From Bugula neritina (Eukaryota; Animalia; Bryozoa), in contig OZ037765.1 in the NCBI GenBank assembly GCA_964035545.1, forward strand, positions 21,699,504-21,763,503: a stretch of 64,000 bases of DNA, read 5' to 3'. Position 1 is the first letter of the stretch. Every line of letters starts with the position of its first letter. The position numbers were made by a program, and so were the translations under genes. The notes under the pieces are model-generated. The model was not told the DNA's origin. It worked only from the letters and a program-made list of their open reading frames with translations, and did not search any database. This document shows, piece by piece, positions 1 through 15,100 of this stretch.

Positions 1-120
1 GACAGTACCTAAAACAGAATAGAAAAAGCCCTAAATGTACATAAATACATGACATAAATAATTCATTTTGCCTCATAATCTTTTAACAACTGTGCGTAAA
101 GAGATGATGATTTCTCCTAG

Positions 121-3100
121 ATTCACTAAAAATCTGTCTCCCGACAAGATTCAAATAAGTACATTAAAAGGAGAGGGGGAGTTGACCAATCTGGAGTTAA
201 ATGAGGAAGTATTAATGGAGCTCATGGACCTGCCTACATGGCTACGTCTCAAGAAGGCAGTGTGTAACAGAGTCAACATAAAAGTATGAGTATTTCAGCA
301 ACTATCATTCATTTCATTATTCCAACTTAGTATAAAGTTGCTCAAATGCAATCTACTGTAGAATATAGTGCTGTGTACCAAACTTGATTGTTCTATGCAT
401 GGTTCATAGTACATCGCCAACTGTGATTCCTGAATGAACTGAAGTTCTACTAATTTATTGTGTGTTCACAGAGGGTTGAAATCATTACTTTTATAAATTA
501 AAGCCGGTCACTAACCACTATTCATACTTGGTGCAACTTTTCCCTATTTTTGAGGTTCTCCGATATTGAAGTATGCTTACTGCTCATGAAATGTTTTACT
601 TATTGCAGATTCAATGGAGCAAGTTGAAGTCTCAACCTATTCAATTGGTATGTCTTGAGAAACCTTTAAGCTCTGTTATTGTTGTTTTTTCTCTGTGTTT
701 TGCCTGTTGAAATGACATTTGAAACTTTGTATTCATACTTTAAGCTGTTAAAATCGCAATCTTGCAGTTCCTTGATGAAATAGATATCTCCATGGAGATG
801 TGCGATGACCTGAGACAGTCAGATAATGCCTCTGGATTACCCAGTTACAGGTCTGTCAATGAACTTGGGATAGTCTATTTTCTAACTGATTTGATATCTA
901 TTTTGGCATGTTTCGCATAAAAACTTCTTTGATTAATTCACTTGCTAGAAATGCTAGAAAATTACATTCACTTCTTGGCTACTTGTACCTTAAACTTCAA
1001 AAACAAATGCATTTATTTTCTGGCCTCTATTGACTTAATCACTCAAAGTAACATTTAGATTAAAAAAACTGTTTAATTTAAATGTTGAATTTCAATTTAA
1101 AAAGCTGATTAATGTGTGTATGATCTGTTGCTAACGTAGCTCTGGGGGCCGTTATGGGTTCGGAGATCGAGTCGTTGATGGTATGTCCCTACAAATAAAC
1201 ACAGTAAATATTAGCTTCACCTCTAAAGCCTTTCAAGCGTCTCTCAATGTAAGTATGCTATGCTAACCTCAACGCCAACTTTTCTATTCTACACGCATAT
1301 CTACCTTGTGTTGTTACCGTTCACTTTTTCACACAGTTCAACAGCATATAGCTATAGATATTTTTAGATCTGCTGGTATATCCGCATTCATGTAGGACAC
1401 TGGATCTACTTCATATAATTATTTTCTAAGCTTTATTCTTTTGCATTGTTTTTAAATGGTTTGAACTGATGCTGCTCATACATGTTTGAAATGTATCAAT
1501 ATATATATATTGTAAACAGCTGCATACATGTTTTGTTTAACTGATGCAACCTGCTATACATACTGGTATGGTTACCACTTCTATTATTATTTGGTGGTTT
1601 TATAGCCAAGCCATACTAGAGTACTTATCCTTCTCTTTCTAGAGCTAATAGAATGTTGTGCATATTATATGAGTCGCATATAAAACTGAGAGAATAGAAA
1701 AGCGATTATTTTCACGGCTGTATACTAGTTTTACTGAAGCAACATTAGTGTACCGGTGATTAGGTGTAGTTCATGGCATTACCAACATGAAATTTAAACT
1801 CTCTAGCTTTGGTGTGCTTGTCAGTTTTACATTTACAGTTACTGTTTCTTAGTTATTATATAAAACTGATATTCTTTTGTGAAATTAAGAAAGGTGTTTC
1901 ATTCATGAGAAATTAATTTCCCTGTGAAATTAAAGATCCAGGATGAATTATAACCTTTTGCCTTTGTGTACAATTTTCATTCTGCATACATGTTACTGTA
2001 TATAGACAATAAAGGTTTATAGTCATTTTCATTGAACTGTTATTCTCTGCTAGTTGTCCAACTGATAGAATAACATAACATATTCTCCTTGAGAAAGAGG
2101 CAATCGAATTTACAACTGGCTTTATAGGCGTGTGGGGGTTGAGTGCAAAAAATGTGAACACTTGAATTAATTTTTTTGCTAAATTAGTCAATAGTAATAG
2201 GGCAGAGTTACACTGTTTTAAAATGTTATTTCTCTATTTTAAATGAAACTCAAATGTTACATCATGTTTTTAATTTTTTTTTTTATATATTTACATACAT
2301 AGTTGTCGAGGATAATTATTCAATCAAAGACACCAACTTGGAGAACTGCTTCAGATCTCCAATACACAAGAGTCAGTGAAAAGAGTCAAGACCTTTTGTT
2401 GACCTTCAAAGAGATCAGCTGGCAGACACTGAAGATAGAGGCCGATTGTATGGTGAAGGAAGGAGTGAAGCAAACCACTCCTCTTAGACTGATCACCAAC
2501 GAAAGTAAAATCCGTATTTGTGTGAAGAAAAGGTATTCAGGTGAAGTTTTTAGAACAGAGTCTATTTTTCTATACAATGCCTTGGCTAGTTTTCATATAC
2601 TTATATGCATTATATTCTACGCATCATTGTGAAATCTCCCAGCTGAACTACAAGTATACAGGGTATGTAGATTTCACCTGGTGTGTAAGTATATAGTATG
2701 TCTCTATTGGATTAGAAACAATAACAGTTAATGCCTTAATAAGTTAATTTGATATAGTTTATTATGAATAAATGGAGTGCAGGTGAGAGACTAGAGTTTA
2801 TATAATGCATGTTCTAGTAGCTGGGTGTATGGCTTTATTCTATCATGATATACAAAACTATTGAACCGTTAGTCTGTGAACTTACTTTATGTATACAGGT
2901 GCTATAAGTGTATGAAGACCTTTGCTTTGCTAACAGAGCAGCAATGTGTGAAATGTTTTGTTGGTAACACAAAGTCCTTATTCCCAAGGAACTATCCCAC
3001 ATTACTACATATTCAGAAAAACTAATAATATAAATGCATTTTTTTTAAAATGAAGTAAGTGAGCCATTGTACTGTCAGTCGTCATGTTGGTGGTGAAGAG

Positions 3101-6100
3101 AAACTTCTGATGCAGTTATTTTGCTTATAGTATTTAGTCATGGACGCCTCAAGTGTTTTTGATATCTTCAACAACTTGAGATCTACTCATGACGTTTAAC
3201 GTTAAGTTATATGCATTATCTGAGTAGCGGCAAACTGCTTAATGGCTAGTTGACAGGCTCAACTAATACCTCGACTACAATATCAATGTTAGCAATACTT
3301 CAAGTTGTCTAATTATCCTAAGAAGTTTAAGATGTGAGAATTCTTTCGTCACGCTATTGTATTAGAACTGCTATTTTTGATCAACTTTGTTGTCTTTATA
3401 CATCAAAAATTTACTCCTTATCTCTTTTGGCTAAGTTATTTATATTTTAATCAAGGGTTTTATATCCAAGCTTTACAAGATGTGTATCAACATCAAAATA
3501 GCAAAAGCAGTTATTTATCTTGTTTCTACATAGATAGCTGCTATCTATATGTAATATCTCTAGTTTCTTACAGTGATAGACTCTTCATCTTTCTGATTAC
3601 ATAAATTCGATAAATCTGATAACCTTTTGACATCTTCATGTATGCCCTGTTTTCGTAGATTGCTCAATTGTGGCCACAAAATTACAATTCTTAGTTGACG
3701 ACTTGCTGTGGATCATCACTGACTCACAGATGAAAGCTGCAGTGGTCTTCGCTAAGCATTTAAAAGATAATATTGACAAGGCAAATGAGCAAAGCAAACG
3801 CAATGCTGCTCAAAAATTGCAGGTTACCATCTTATCATCTGATTGCTTAGCTCATTTTATTTCCTATAAACTGTGCCTAATGATATAAGTGAATTGAAAT
3901 TTGTTGCGGGCGTGCATTTCTTCTAATCTTTTTGCTTGTTTAAGCAGTGTTTCATTAGCCTATGATATGCATGAGTTTCAAACGTATATATTCAGTCTAT
4001 TTTCACAAATTTTGCTGTAATTGTTGCAGAAACTGCGACAAGCTCAACAGAAGCATTCTCAAAACACATCCTCAAATTCTTCTAATCCATCGGTTAACCA
4101 GTCCCGTCTTTCCACATTGTTCAGCAAGTATGATATTTCAGAAACGTCGTACCATGTCCATACTGGGCGGATAGATCTCCATATCTGTGATGACGTCAAT
4201 GGTTTGTAGCGCAAACTATACTCTCATTACTAGATGTAATCTAGTGTCAAATAGCTCCGCCATGACATGCCACCATTTTTTTCTATATTCTGCCTATCTT
4301 AATGGTATACATTTCCTAGTGGAGGTAACAATAATTTTGACTGGTTTTAGATGCAAATAGAAATCGTTTGGTAGATGGTGGAGCACTGGGCATTGCCATA
4401 ATGAAGCTTCTAGTCAGTCATTACCCCATGAGGTCACCAGGTTAGTCTTTTCAACAGTCAAGTTTAAGTCACAGTCAAGGCAAATGCGCATCACAGTCCA
4501 TCAATCAAACATGTGTATCGGTTTAACTGCAGCCAACTAAAGACATGGAAATAAATAAAAGTCGGACTCAATCAGTCTGAGTCTGTCTGTTTGCTCAGCT
4601 TGATCTTAGTGCGTCTGCAGGCCCATCAATTCATGGAAAACAGCCAAATCAAGTCAACTGCTTTCACTAAGAAATTAGAAAAGGCAAATATGAGTTGCTA
4701 GTAAATAATAAAAGATAGCTGGTGCAATCAGTATTTGTGTTGAATGATCTAAAATTTCTGTTTTGCGACTGCCAGCAGAGCGAGATGCTGTGTTAATAAA
4801 TTATAGTAGGCTAATGCTCTAATGTGAATATGTACAAAATTACAATAAGTTGATTGTACAAGAAAAATCTGCAGTTGTATTTTACTTTATTAAAAATTTA
4901 TCAAATTTAACATGGGCAAGTAATAGACTGTGGACCTAAATGCACAGGGCCAAATTTCCTACCATGTAGCATGCTTATAAAAGAGATGGCAACTTTGCAA
5001 GATCAAAACTAAGTTGTGAAAATGTCTTCACTAAATAATACTCTCCGGTCAAACTGATTGCAGCCACATTGAAAACAATACATAGGAAACTGATGTATAA
5101 TAACATGCAACTCATCAACTGTGTCAATATGCTGTAATATGCATGCAGCTGTCATAGTTTCCAACTGCTCATACATGATTCACAAATATCAAGAATTGTA
5201 CAACACTTCAATACACAGATAGTTGACCACTGGTATAAAGTTTGACAAAACAATTTCAATGTACTATTAATAGTGAAATATGCTGCGTTTTTCAACAAAG
5301 TTTTGAAGCTGTGTTTATATAAAGAGTAAATACAGGTGCTACCATGCTCTTGAGGCTGTACAAGAGTTGACGTGTACATAATATGCGCTGATTAGAAAAT
5401 GTACTCTATTTTATGACCTCAGGTGAAAATCGTCAATCTTGGGCCAAGTTTGATGGAAGCATGGCTAGCCGAGATGAATGGACAGTCAATTTGATCCAGA
5501 AATACACAGAACAACTAAGATTAGATCAAAAAATTGGATTAATAGATGTTAACGAATATGGAAGTCCTGAAGTTATTACATCAAAACTTGTTGAGCGGTA
5601 AGAATTTAAGTAAAAATATTTGAAGTTAATACTGGAAGAAATTTTTCATGCTTTTTGATAGAATGCCAACTATTTTAATACCTAGTACTTATTTGTTGTC
5701 ATGATAAAGCCTAATTTTTACTCAATCTACTCACTGTAGATTTATATGGAGTATGAATTGACTTGTGATATAAGCAAAGCTGTCTGATACCATAAAACCA
5801 GCTTTATAATGAGTTGAAAACTGTTTTAGAGTTTGTAATGAGGCCAAAGATGTTGCTCTTCATAGAAAATATCAGCAAACAAATCAAATGTTTTGTGCAG
5901 CCAGTTGTTTTTGAGTGGTTGCTGGAGTTGAATGAATTTTTCATCATCATTCCATGAATTGAGACATGTTTTTGGAAGCAGATACTGTCTTTCTAATCTG
6001 TAAACCAATGAAAATCTTTTTAATATTGATTTTTGTGGCTCATATTTTCATCAGTTTAGTGGAAAGTTTCACAACTTTATTCAAGATTTTGAAAGAGTAA

Positions 6101-9100
6101 TTTTATTTTAGATTAACCATGTTGACAGTAGAAGACTTTTTTGTAACAACAGTATCGAATGAACAGAAGGGAATTAATCGTCCTTCTAAGTTAGTCATGT
6201 CTGACAAAAGAGCTCTTTTCTTACCTCCTGACATGTCTGCAGTGCATCTCGAGCACGCTGAGTACTTCTTTGATTCTCATATACAGTTACCGAGTAAGAG
6301 CTCTCATAGCCATCTGTCTTGTTCACAGATACACTTGAGCTTCCAGTTTTTATAGTATCTGCATTGCTTTGACTACTCTCATTGTGAATGTATACTTATT
6401 TGACAGCTGGTAGAGTAAAGGTTTTATCTCGTTTCTAAATATGTATGCTATTTGATAGGCCTATCCTCAATTATTTTCATTTTGAAAACATGTTTGAATG
6501 TTGCGTTTTTTGTTAAGTAAAAATAAACACAGTATTCTATGTAAACTTGTACTACCAATAATGAATCTGTAGATCATTGATTTCTTTATAGCTCCCTGCC
6601 CTAATGTATATATCAACATCAATCCTGTGAAGCTATGTGTTGACACATACACTATAACTTGGCTGTCTTCATTTGCTCTTAGTCTGGCAAAAGATGTGGT
6701 ATGTACGAATCAAAGATCATTCACTCAATTAAACATAAAATAATAAATAACTATTGCCAATGTTTAGTACTAGTTATGTTGTGGATTGATTGATTGATTG
6801 ATATAATATAGTGTGATAACCTTAACATATTCCAGCTATGCCATAGTGACTAGCATGGGATAAATATCATTTGAAGTCAAATCAATTATAAACCTTTTAC
6901 ATGAATCATATTAACTAAAATCAATGATTGAAATTTAGGTTTGTTTTTTACTCTGCATACATATTCTGACAAAGAGTGACACTAAGTTTTCATTGTCAAA
7001 TAGTTTTTTATGTCTGTATTTACTTGTTTTTTGGTGGCCTCAATATTACTGCTGGCCAAAATACTTCTATCACACTACCAACTAAGAATTTATCTTACAT
7101 TTGGTGTGTGTAGGATGAGCTATTAGCTGCTTTGCCTATTGACACGGATAAGAAGAAAGAGAGAACTGAGTTGCGGTTAGAGGCCCTCATGCCTAAGGTA
7201 CTACTATATGCTATTTTTTTGCTATTAACCTGTAATATGAGTATTACTACCTAGTGCTTGTGACTGCTAGACACTAAGGCATTAATAGTGTTTGTGATGT
7301 ATGTTTTAAAAGTGTATAGATTTTTGAGGTAGATGCAGTAATGGAGAATTTGAGAAAAGCCTGTGTTCTAGATTTGAAATGTAGCATAAGGAGTTATGCT
7401 TTCGCGAGAATTTCAATCCGCGCCCGAAACTAAAATTTGATACTGAAATTAAAACTTGGGCTATCTCAATTTCTCCATTACTGCTTTTAAATGATTTTTT
7501 TTAAATACATTCTCGTGTGTTAACATAATAATTGGATAGAATGTACACTGTTTGACAGATCTCGGTATAATATTTTATAGATAGTTCTTCCAGTTGTTGG
7601 TGCAGTACCGGAGTTCCAGCACGACCGTCCCGACACTTTACAGATTCTAATCTCTAAAGTTATTATAACAAATAACCATTTAGTTTTACCAACTAAAAAC
7701 GTCTCTAATCAAGCTCATCGGACGTTATCTTCAGATTATGAAGCTCTTAGTTTGTGTAAATCTACAAGTTTTCCAAACATATCGTCAGATTTAAAGTTGA
7801 TATCCTCTTTGCATGAAGAGTACGCGGTTCGAGACCAAGTATCTTACATGAGTGTTGGTGAAAACTCTGTCTATGATGTCCCTCAGAGCAATTTTGAAAT
7901 GTTGTCTATTGAGTTGGAGCAGTTTTGGGTGGAGTTTCTTGGAGTTAAGAATGCAGGCAATAGACCAGTTTCTTTTGTTGAATCTTTTCCAATTGTAATC
8001 TGGTTAGCTCAGCCTTTGGACGATTCTCTTTCTGGTGATAATAAGGTTAAGGAAAAGCTAAAAGAGGTATCTGGTGACTCTATTGAGACGAGAAACGAGA
8101 ATGAGGCTCACATGAGTGTGATTGTCAATATCGGTGCTAAAGTGTGTGCTCAACTAAACCACTACCAGTACTGCTTCTTGATGAGGCTGGCAGACTCGTT
8201 CTCTGAAATGGCTGATACTGTAGCCAAAGAAGCAAAGATGCATAAAGATCTCTTTCATAGCAAAGATAGGCCAAGCATTTTGCCCACCATTGAGTCTACA
8301 TCAGGTAATTTTTAATATCTTTTACAGCTTTTTTTGTAAATTAAAGTCGCGCACTTATATTTTAGGGTTGCTGCTTCAACTAGCATTAAAAATTTTGTCT
8401 CCATATTTTGTTTGAGAATTATATTCTGTGTGAAATATTAAAGTAATTTATTTATAATTTAAAATTATATTAATTCATCAGCTGTGATTTTGCGTTTAAT
8501 CCCTTTTGTCAAAGATTTTTAGGAGTTGTCTTGCATTTTCAAGTGTATCATTTTAAAGCTACAGCACAAATATTATTTAGAATCATTTATAGAGTTACTA
8601 TACTCAAAAATTCCAAATAATAATAATAACTAATTATAATAAGTGTTTGATAAAATCAGCTTTGCAAATTTTAGTGAATGCATGAAATTTTGTAAAAGTT
8701 TCAACTTTATTAGTAACTATTTATGGTTAAAATAATTGCAGGATATTAATTTCTCATTCCAATCCAGTGTTTCATTAGGTTAAAATCATTTTCCATTTTG
8801 AAACTGTGTATGCGTTACCTTATAAGAAAGAAGATGACTCCTAAAAATTTGGAGCGTTTTCAAATATACAACTTTTATTTGATTTGGAAGATAGCACAGT
8901 GTCTACAAATTTGTTTTACCATCCAACTGTATTATATCTTTTTTTTTCATTGTTTCTAGCTAAGAGTGAAAATGAAAAAGCTGGTAAACGCTAACTCCCC
9001 CCTGCATAATTAAGCTTCACAATTCATATTTTACTTTTGTTTAATTTTAGCGGATATGTTTTATTAAATTCTTCTGATTACCTTTACATACTCAGCTCAG

Positions 9101-12100
9101 CTCTCTGGATTGACTGATTATCATATGCTAGACACCCATTAGGCTTTTTTCGCCCGAGACCATATGTATCCCAACTTCCTGTACAGATGTAGCTCACAAA
9201 CATTGCTGTTTATAACTCTTTGCTATCGCAATATAAATCAAGCATGTAAAAGTGATGTAAAAATGTGAACATTAATTCCAATGCTTATAATGTACTCAAA
9301 AATTTTGTCTCACCATTTACATGCCAAATCTCATTACAGCATTCATTGTCCATCATATTCATTCTTGCAGTCTATTAACCTAAATTACTTAAGTATTGTG
9401 ACGGAGTTGGTTCCTTGTTATTACATAATACTATTTTTAGTCATCGTTGGGTATGTTCATTTTTTGTAGTTCTACTGTTAATTAAAGAAGTGCAGTTTGC
9501 TATGATAGCAAAGCCCGACATTCGTCCTACAACAAAAGCAGCTGATAGTGTAGATAGCCTAAGTTCTGAAACTGAAACCGAGCAACTCTCTGCGTCATCC
9601 CCTGTTTGTTCTTATGAGCCAAGTAGGTCAACAAGTAAAGCAGGCTAACTTGTCGAAATTTCACCATTTTTTAAAAAAATACTTTTCCTCAGAAGTTTCC
9701 TTGTTAAATTTGTCAGTATTAGAAGTTTTTACATTGCATGTATAAAGACTTTGCGATGTTGCATTAGTATTTATAATAATTAAAAACATATTAGTTATTT
9801 GTCTTGGTTGATATCCGTTACCAATCTCCTTTGGCACCAAAGTATTCATTCCATCCCAACTCTGTACTTTAAGAATGGCTTTAGTTTTTCGAAATGATAA
9901 TAGTAAATGAAACCAACAGAAATAACTAATTAATAGATATGTTTTTAATGCAATTATCCATTATAAAATTACTTTAGTTACCTTATCTAAGTTTATAGAT
10001 AGCCTTGTGTTTATGTAAGTGGCATGTTGGAGGGAAATTATTATCTTTCTCATAAGTTATAATGTTTATCATTGTTTTAGCCGCTGTTGAAAGTAGTGCA
10101 GAGAAAATACAATTGACGCTGACACCTGCAGACGACATTCAAACTGGTTAGTGGAAACTTGTCATTTAACTTTTAACATCATTACACATACACATACAGT
10201 ACAATATGTGATGGCTTGAGGCAAACAAAAATCTTTATTTTCTACCTTGTAGCCTATTGTTGGCTCAACACCAAGCTTATTTTATGTGCTTTTCGGACGC
10301 CAATGTTGTCACTTGGTAGCGGTTTTTCTGGCTGTGACAAACACATAAATTATGTGTGTTTTTCCCAGAATATTTTATCAAACCTTATTTATCAACTATA
10401 CGAATATGTTGCATTATGCTATGTTATATTATGTAATCATATAGATATATGAACTTCAAACTGTAGATATGAATTTATCAGCTAGAAATGAAAGTCCTGT
10501 TGGCTCTGACTCGGGGATAGCAAGTGTAGTTGTGGGCTCTTGTCCTACCCCAATAGAAAGTGACATGCATCTGGAGAAGTCAACATTCTATCACAACACC
10601 AACCCTGATCATGCCTTGGTTAAAAAGAACTCTAAATCTCTTTCTTTCACAAATGACAACTCACTTTCCATAGAGCAGGCGATTGGAAATAAACTTTCTT
10701 CAGCATTCAACAGGGTAAATAATTAATATGTTAAATTTATCTTTATTTAGTCGAATTAGTTTAAAAAGTTTGCTTATTTAAGCATTATTTAACCTATCAT
10801 TTGGGGGCTTAATTTTGAATTGCAAGTCAGCCTACAAGGCTTGCAGCAGGTTTTGTTGCCAGAAATTAAATAAACTTGAATTCCCAGTTTCTAGATCGAG
10901 AGTCTAAACTCTAATTCATTGTTCTATATTTTGTACCTTAACTGACCATATACGGGTTTTGAAATAAGCCTGTATGTTTATAGGTAACGAGTAAAGTGAA
11001 GAAGCCATTTAATAGGTCAGCAGAGGACTCAGACAGCTGGGACACCATGTCCATAACATCTGGCATGTCTGATGAGTTTGACTTGCTATCTGAGCTAGAT
11101 GGGCAAGAGGAAGAGGCTGCCTTCTCAAACCAGAGTAAAGGGTTGAATGATGAGGAACAGGAGTCTGTGTTTAGCACAGGTATAGCCGACAGACCTAAAC
11201 AGTTGGTGAGTTGGTCTCTCTTTCATCTTACATTGTTCAGGGACACTCAGACTAAGGTAATTTAGATATCAGTAAATATTTAGAAATGAAATACAATGTT
11301 CCCTTCGTAGCTCATTAAGCTACGAGTCTGGAAACCTCAATTTGTGACATACCATGTTTAATGTTAAATTCTGCCATTTCGTTCCTATACATATATACAT
11401 AAGCTGCAAACGGGCGTCCAAACCTTTCTCGTGACCTGTGGAATTTCATGAGAACGGGATCTGTGAGCTATGGAAGGTTCACTGTAAATAGATATTGTTT
11501 GTTTGTTTGTTTTTATTTTGTCGTAGTCGGGAAAAATTTAATTGAAAAAAAATAAACAAAATGACAGGGCCTATGGCGCAATAGCACTGTAGCTAGTCGA
11601 GGCACCGAGCCATGAATGGTTGACAGTTATATAAGTTTTTGTTTAGGTTTTTGGAAGTTTTAGCAACTCAAAAAGTATTATTTTTTTATCTGGAAATTTG
11701 CCATTAGATGGTCTCTCAGGGCAAGTTTGAAACCAGCCTCCCTCCCCACAGCACGAATGGAACTAGGCAATTTATTCCATAGCACGAACATTGGAATTCC
11801 ACTCTTCGTTGACCTGCAGCAGTTGATGATGGAGGAGTTTGTAGGCTGAACTCTGAAAATCTTGTGGGATAGTTATGGGTGAGATGTGTTAGTTGAGAAT
11901 AGTAAAGTTTATGTGAGAGCAGTATTAGTTTGAATTTGTGTAGAGTGTGAATAGGCATGATTGAAGAACTAAGAAACAGTGGTTTAGATGGGGAAAGGTG
12001 ATGCTTTTTATATATAATTCTCAGTATTTTCTTTTGTAGTAAATGTAGTGGTTGAAGATAAATGTTTGCTGCATTACCCCATGATTCTAGGCAATATGTT

Positions 12101-15100
12101 AATTTAGAATTTACAAAAGAGTTATATATTTGTATTAGAATTTTTCTAGGTAGGTGATGGGAACATTTACTTATCAAGCCTACTAAGGGCCTTAGGTTTT
12201 GACAAAGTTTGCTGCAATGTTGTTGCCAAGAAAGATGTGAATCTATTATAATACCTAAGAAGGTAGTTGATTTTACCTCCACTAATTTTTTGTTAAACAT
12301 TTCTAAGGCAAAGCCATTTAAATCTTGTTTATTTTGCGCTGTTTTGATTATCATATAGTTTGTTTTACTCATGTTTACAGTTAATTTATTTTTATTGCAC
12401 CAATTTTCAATTTTCTTTAATTCACAGTTTATGATGTCCATATTGTTTAATAGATTTTTTGATTCAAAGAAGAGGTTTGTATCGTCGGCAAATAATATAG
12501 GGTCTAAATGCATAGTTACATCTGGAAGATCATTTATATAAATTAGGAATAGTGTGGGACCAAGTATGGATCCTTGTGGTACTCCACATGTGATATGAAT
12601 AAAGTCAGAATATGTGTTGTTAATAATAGTAGACTGTTGACGATTGGACAGATAATTTTTAATTAGCTTCACACTGTGACTTGAAAAGTGGAGCATTTTT
12701 AATTTAGCTAATAAGATTTCATGATTTATTGTGTCAAAGGCCTTACTAAAATCGAGGAAAATTCCCGCTACAGAATTACCATTGTTCATGGCATTTAAAA
12801 CCTTATTTGTTAGATTAATTAAGGCAATATTTGTGTTTCTATTTCGTCTAAAGCCGTACTGCTTATCAGTTAAATAATTTTTGCTTTCTAGAAAATCTAC
12901 TATTTGCTTATTTAAAATCTTTTCAGCTATCTTACTGAAAGCAGGTAATATAGAGATTGGGCGGTAATTACTTACATCAGTAGCTATGCCTTTTTTGTGT
13001 AGAGGAACAACTTTAGCTTTTTTTAGTTCATTTGGAAAAGCGCCACCGTTGATAATTGTGTTTATAATGTAAGCTAAAGGCTTTGAAAGATGAGATGCAG
13101 ATATTTTTATTAGGTTGGTGGGAGCTAAATCTAATCCTGCAGCTTTGGCTTGGTTTACATCTTTAAGTAAGCTTTCAATGACTGTGCTTTCAATATTTGT
13201 AAAGCTAAACTGTTCATCAAGTTTTTTATCTGACTTCTGAGCTGTAAAATCAAAATTGTCGTCAGTGAATTTCTCTGATAACGTTGTTCCTATGGAAGTA
13301 AAGTATTTATTAAAACTGTTTGCTATGTCCTTATCTTCAGTTAGTGTAATATTTTCAGATGTTAAACTTTTAGGAGCATTTAATCCCTTTGATCGATTTT
13401 TTCCTAGATGTTCGTTTATGACTTTCCAACATTTACTAGAATCTGAAGTATTTTCAAAAAAAGATTCAAAATATGAAGTCTTGGATCTGCGCAAATTCTT
13501 CGTAACTAAATTTTTCAGAGTTTTATGTTTAAATTTAAGTTTCAAGTTTAGAGGGGAATTTAAGGATTGTCTATAAACATAATCCCTTTTGTTCATCAGC
13601 TTAATTAATTCAACACTAATCCAGGGTCTTTTATTTGTTTTAAGTTTGCGTGGACAATTTGTTGAGAATTTTACTAATGGAGCATGTTTATTGCATAAAT
13701 CCATAAATATTTTAAAGAAACTGTCATACCTAGAATTCACATCTTTCTTGGCATATACTTCGGAGTTCCAGTCTACTTTAGAAAGATCTTTCAAAAATAG
13801 TTCTTCATTTATTTTCTTATAATTTCTAATGTTTGTAGATTTAGTTATATTAAAATAGTTAGTTAAATTTTCTATTTTGATAAAAGTAGGCAAGTGATCT
13901 GCTATGCTTGTTGTTATTGTTCCAGATGTTAAGAATTTATCATAAAAATTAACATTTATATGATCTAAGCAAGAATCGTATCGTGTAGGAATCTGAATTG
14001 AATTTATAAAATGAGAGCAGGATAGGATGTTGAGGTAAGATGTACTCACAGGATCAGATTTAAGAGTGTCGATATTGATATCACCTAGTATGACATGATG
14101 TGGAAAATTAGAAGAACTGATGTACTGCTCCAGGTCAGAGAGAAAAGCTGCAATGTCCGCAGACGGTTGCCTGTAAATGATTGTGAGGTGAAGACCACTC
14201 CCAAAGCACCCAAAGAGACCACCCTTTAGCTCCAAATGTAAAGATTCACTGCCTGCAAAAAGTGCTCGACTTTCCTTGACTTCAGCCACAGCACTACTGC
14301 GCACATAGGCCCCGACACCACCTCCTTTACTCTGTCTCTGCTTACCTATAAAAACATAATCATTTATGGGAAAATTATGTACTTCATTATCATAAAGAAA
14401 ACTTTCAGTAATACAAACAACATCAAAAGGTTTAGGGACACTAAACATAAATGTTTCTAGGGAATCAAAATTTTTACGAAGGCTTTGTACATTAACATTC
14501 AAAATAGTAAGAGAATTGGAATTATTTTTTATATTATTTCTAAACTGTTCTGGCGTGTATTGATCACAGTTTAGGTGTGCTTCCATGAATTTGAAAAAAA
14601 ATATAGTTACAGAAATTAAAAATCAGAGGATATGGAGTAATCAAGTGTTTAAGCGAGGTCATCTAAATCATCTGTCGAATTGATCTGTATTGCATTACTA
14701 TCACTGTCTTTCCTTAGGAAGATTCTTTGGTTTGATGTCCATGCAAAACGGTATTTATGTTCTTTTTTGAACATGCGAGTCTCATGAAAAAGAGCAGCCT
14801 GAGGTTTGCTCAGCACTTCATTTATGTAGAGCTTAGAGTTGTCTTTAAAACCTAAGTCTGTTGCATTTAGAGGGTTTTTTCTAAATGATCCAAAGAACTT
14901 GTCACGTTTATGAGCGTGAATAAATTTAATTATAACTTTGTCAGATGTCTTGACTCTAAAAATTGAGTCTATGTCATGGTAGGGTTGAAGTTCGCATTTT
15001 AGTTTTTCACTCATAACTTTCATGGCATGTAGTAAGTTCTCTCCAGATTTTTGTGGTATTCCATTTAATGTCAACTGTTTTTTACGGTCTTGGAATTCTA

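Noticed and set aside
13256-13822. Plus-strand ORFs within the LINE
   Set aside because: Antisense shadows of ORF2.
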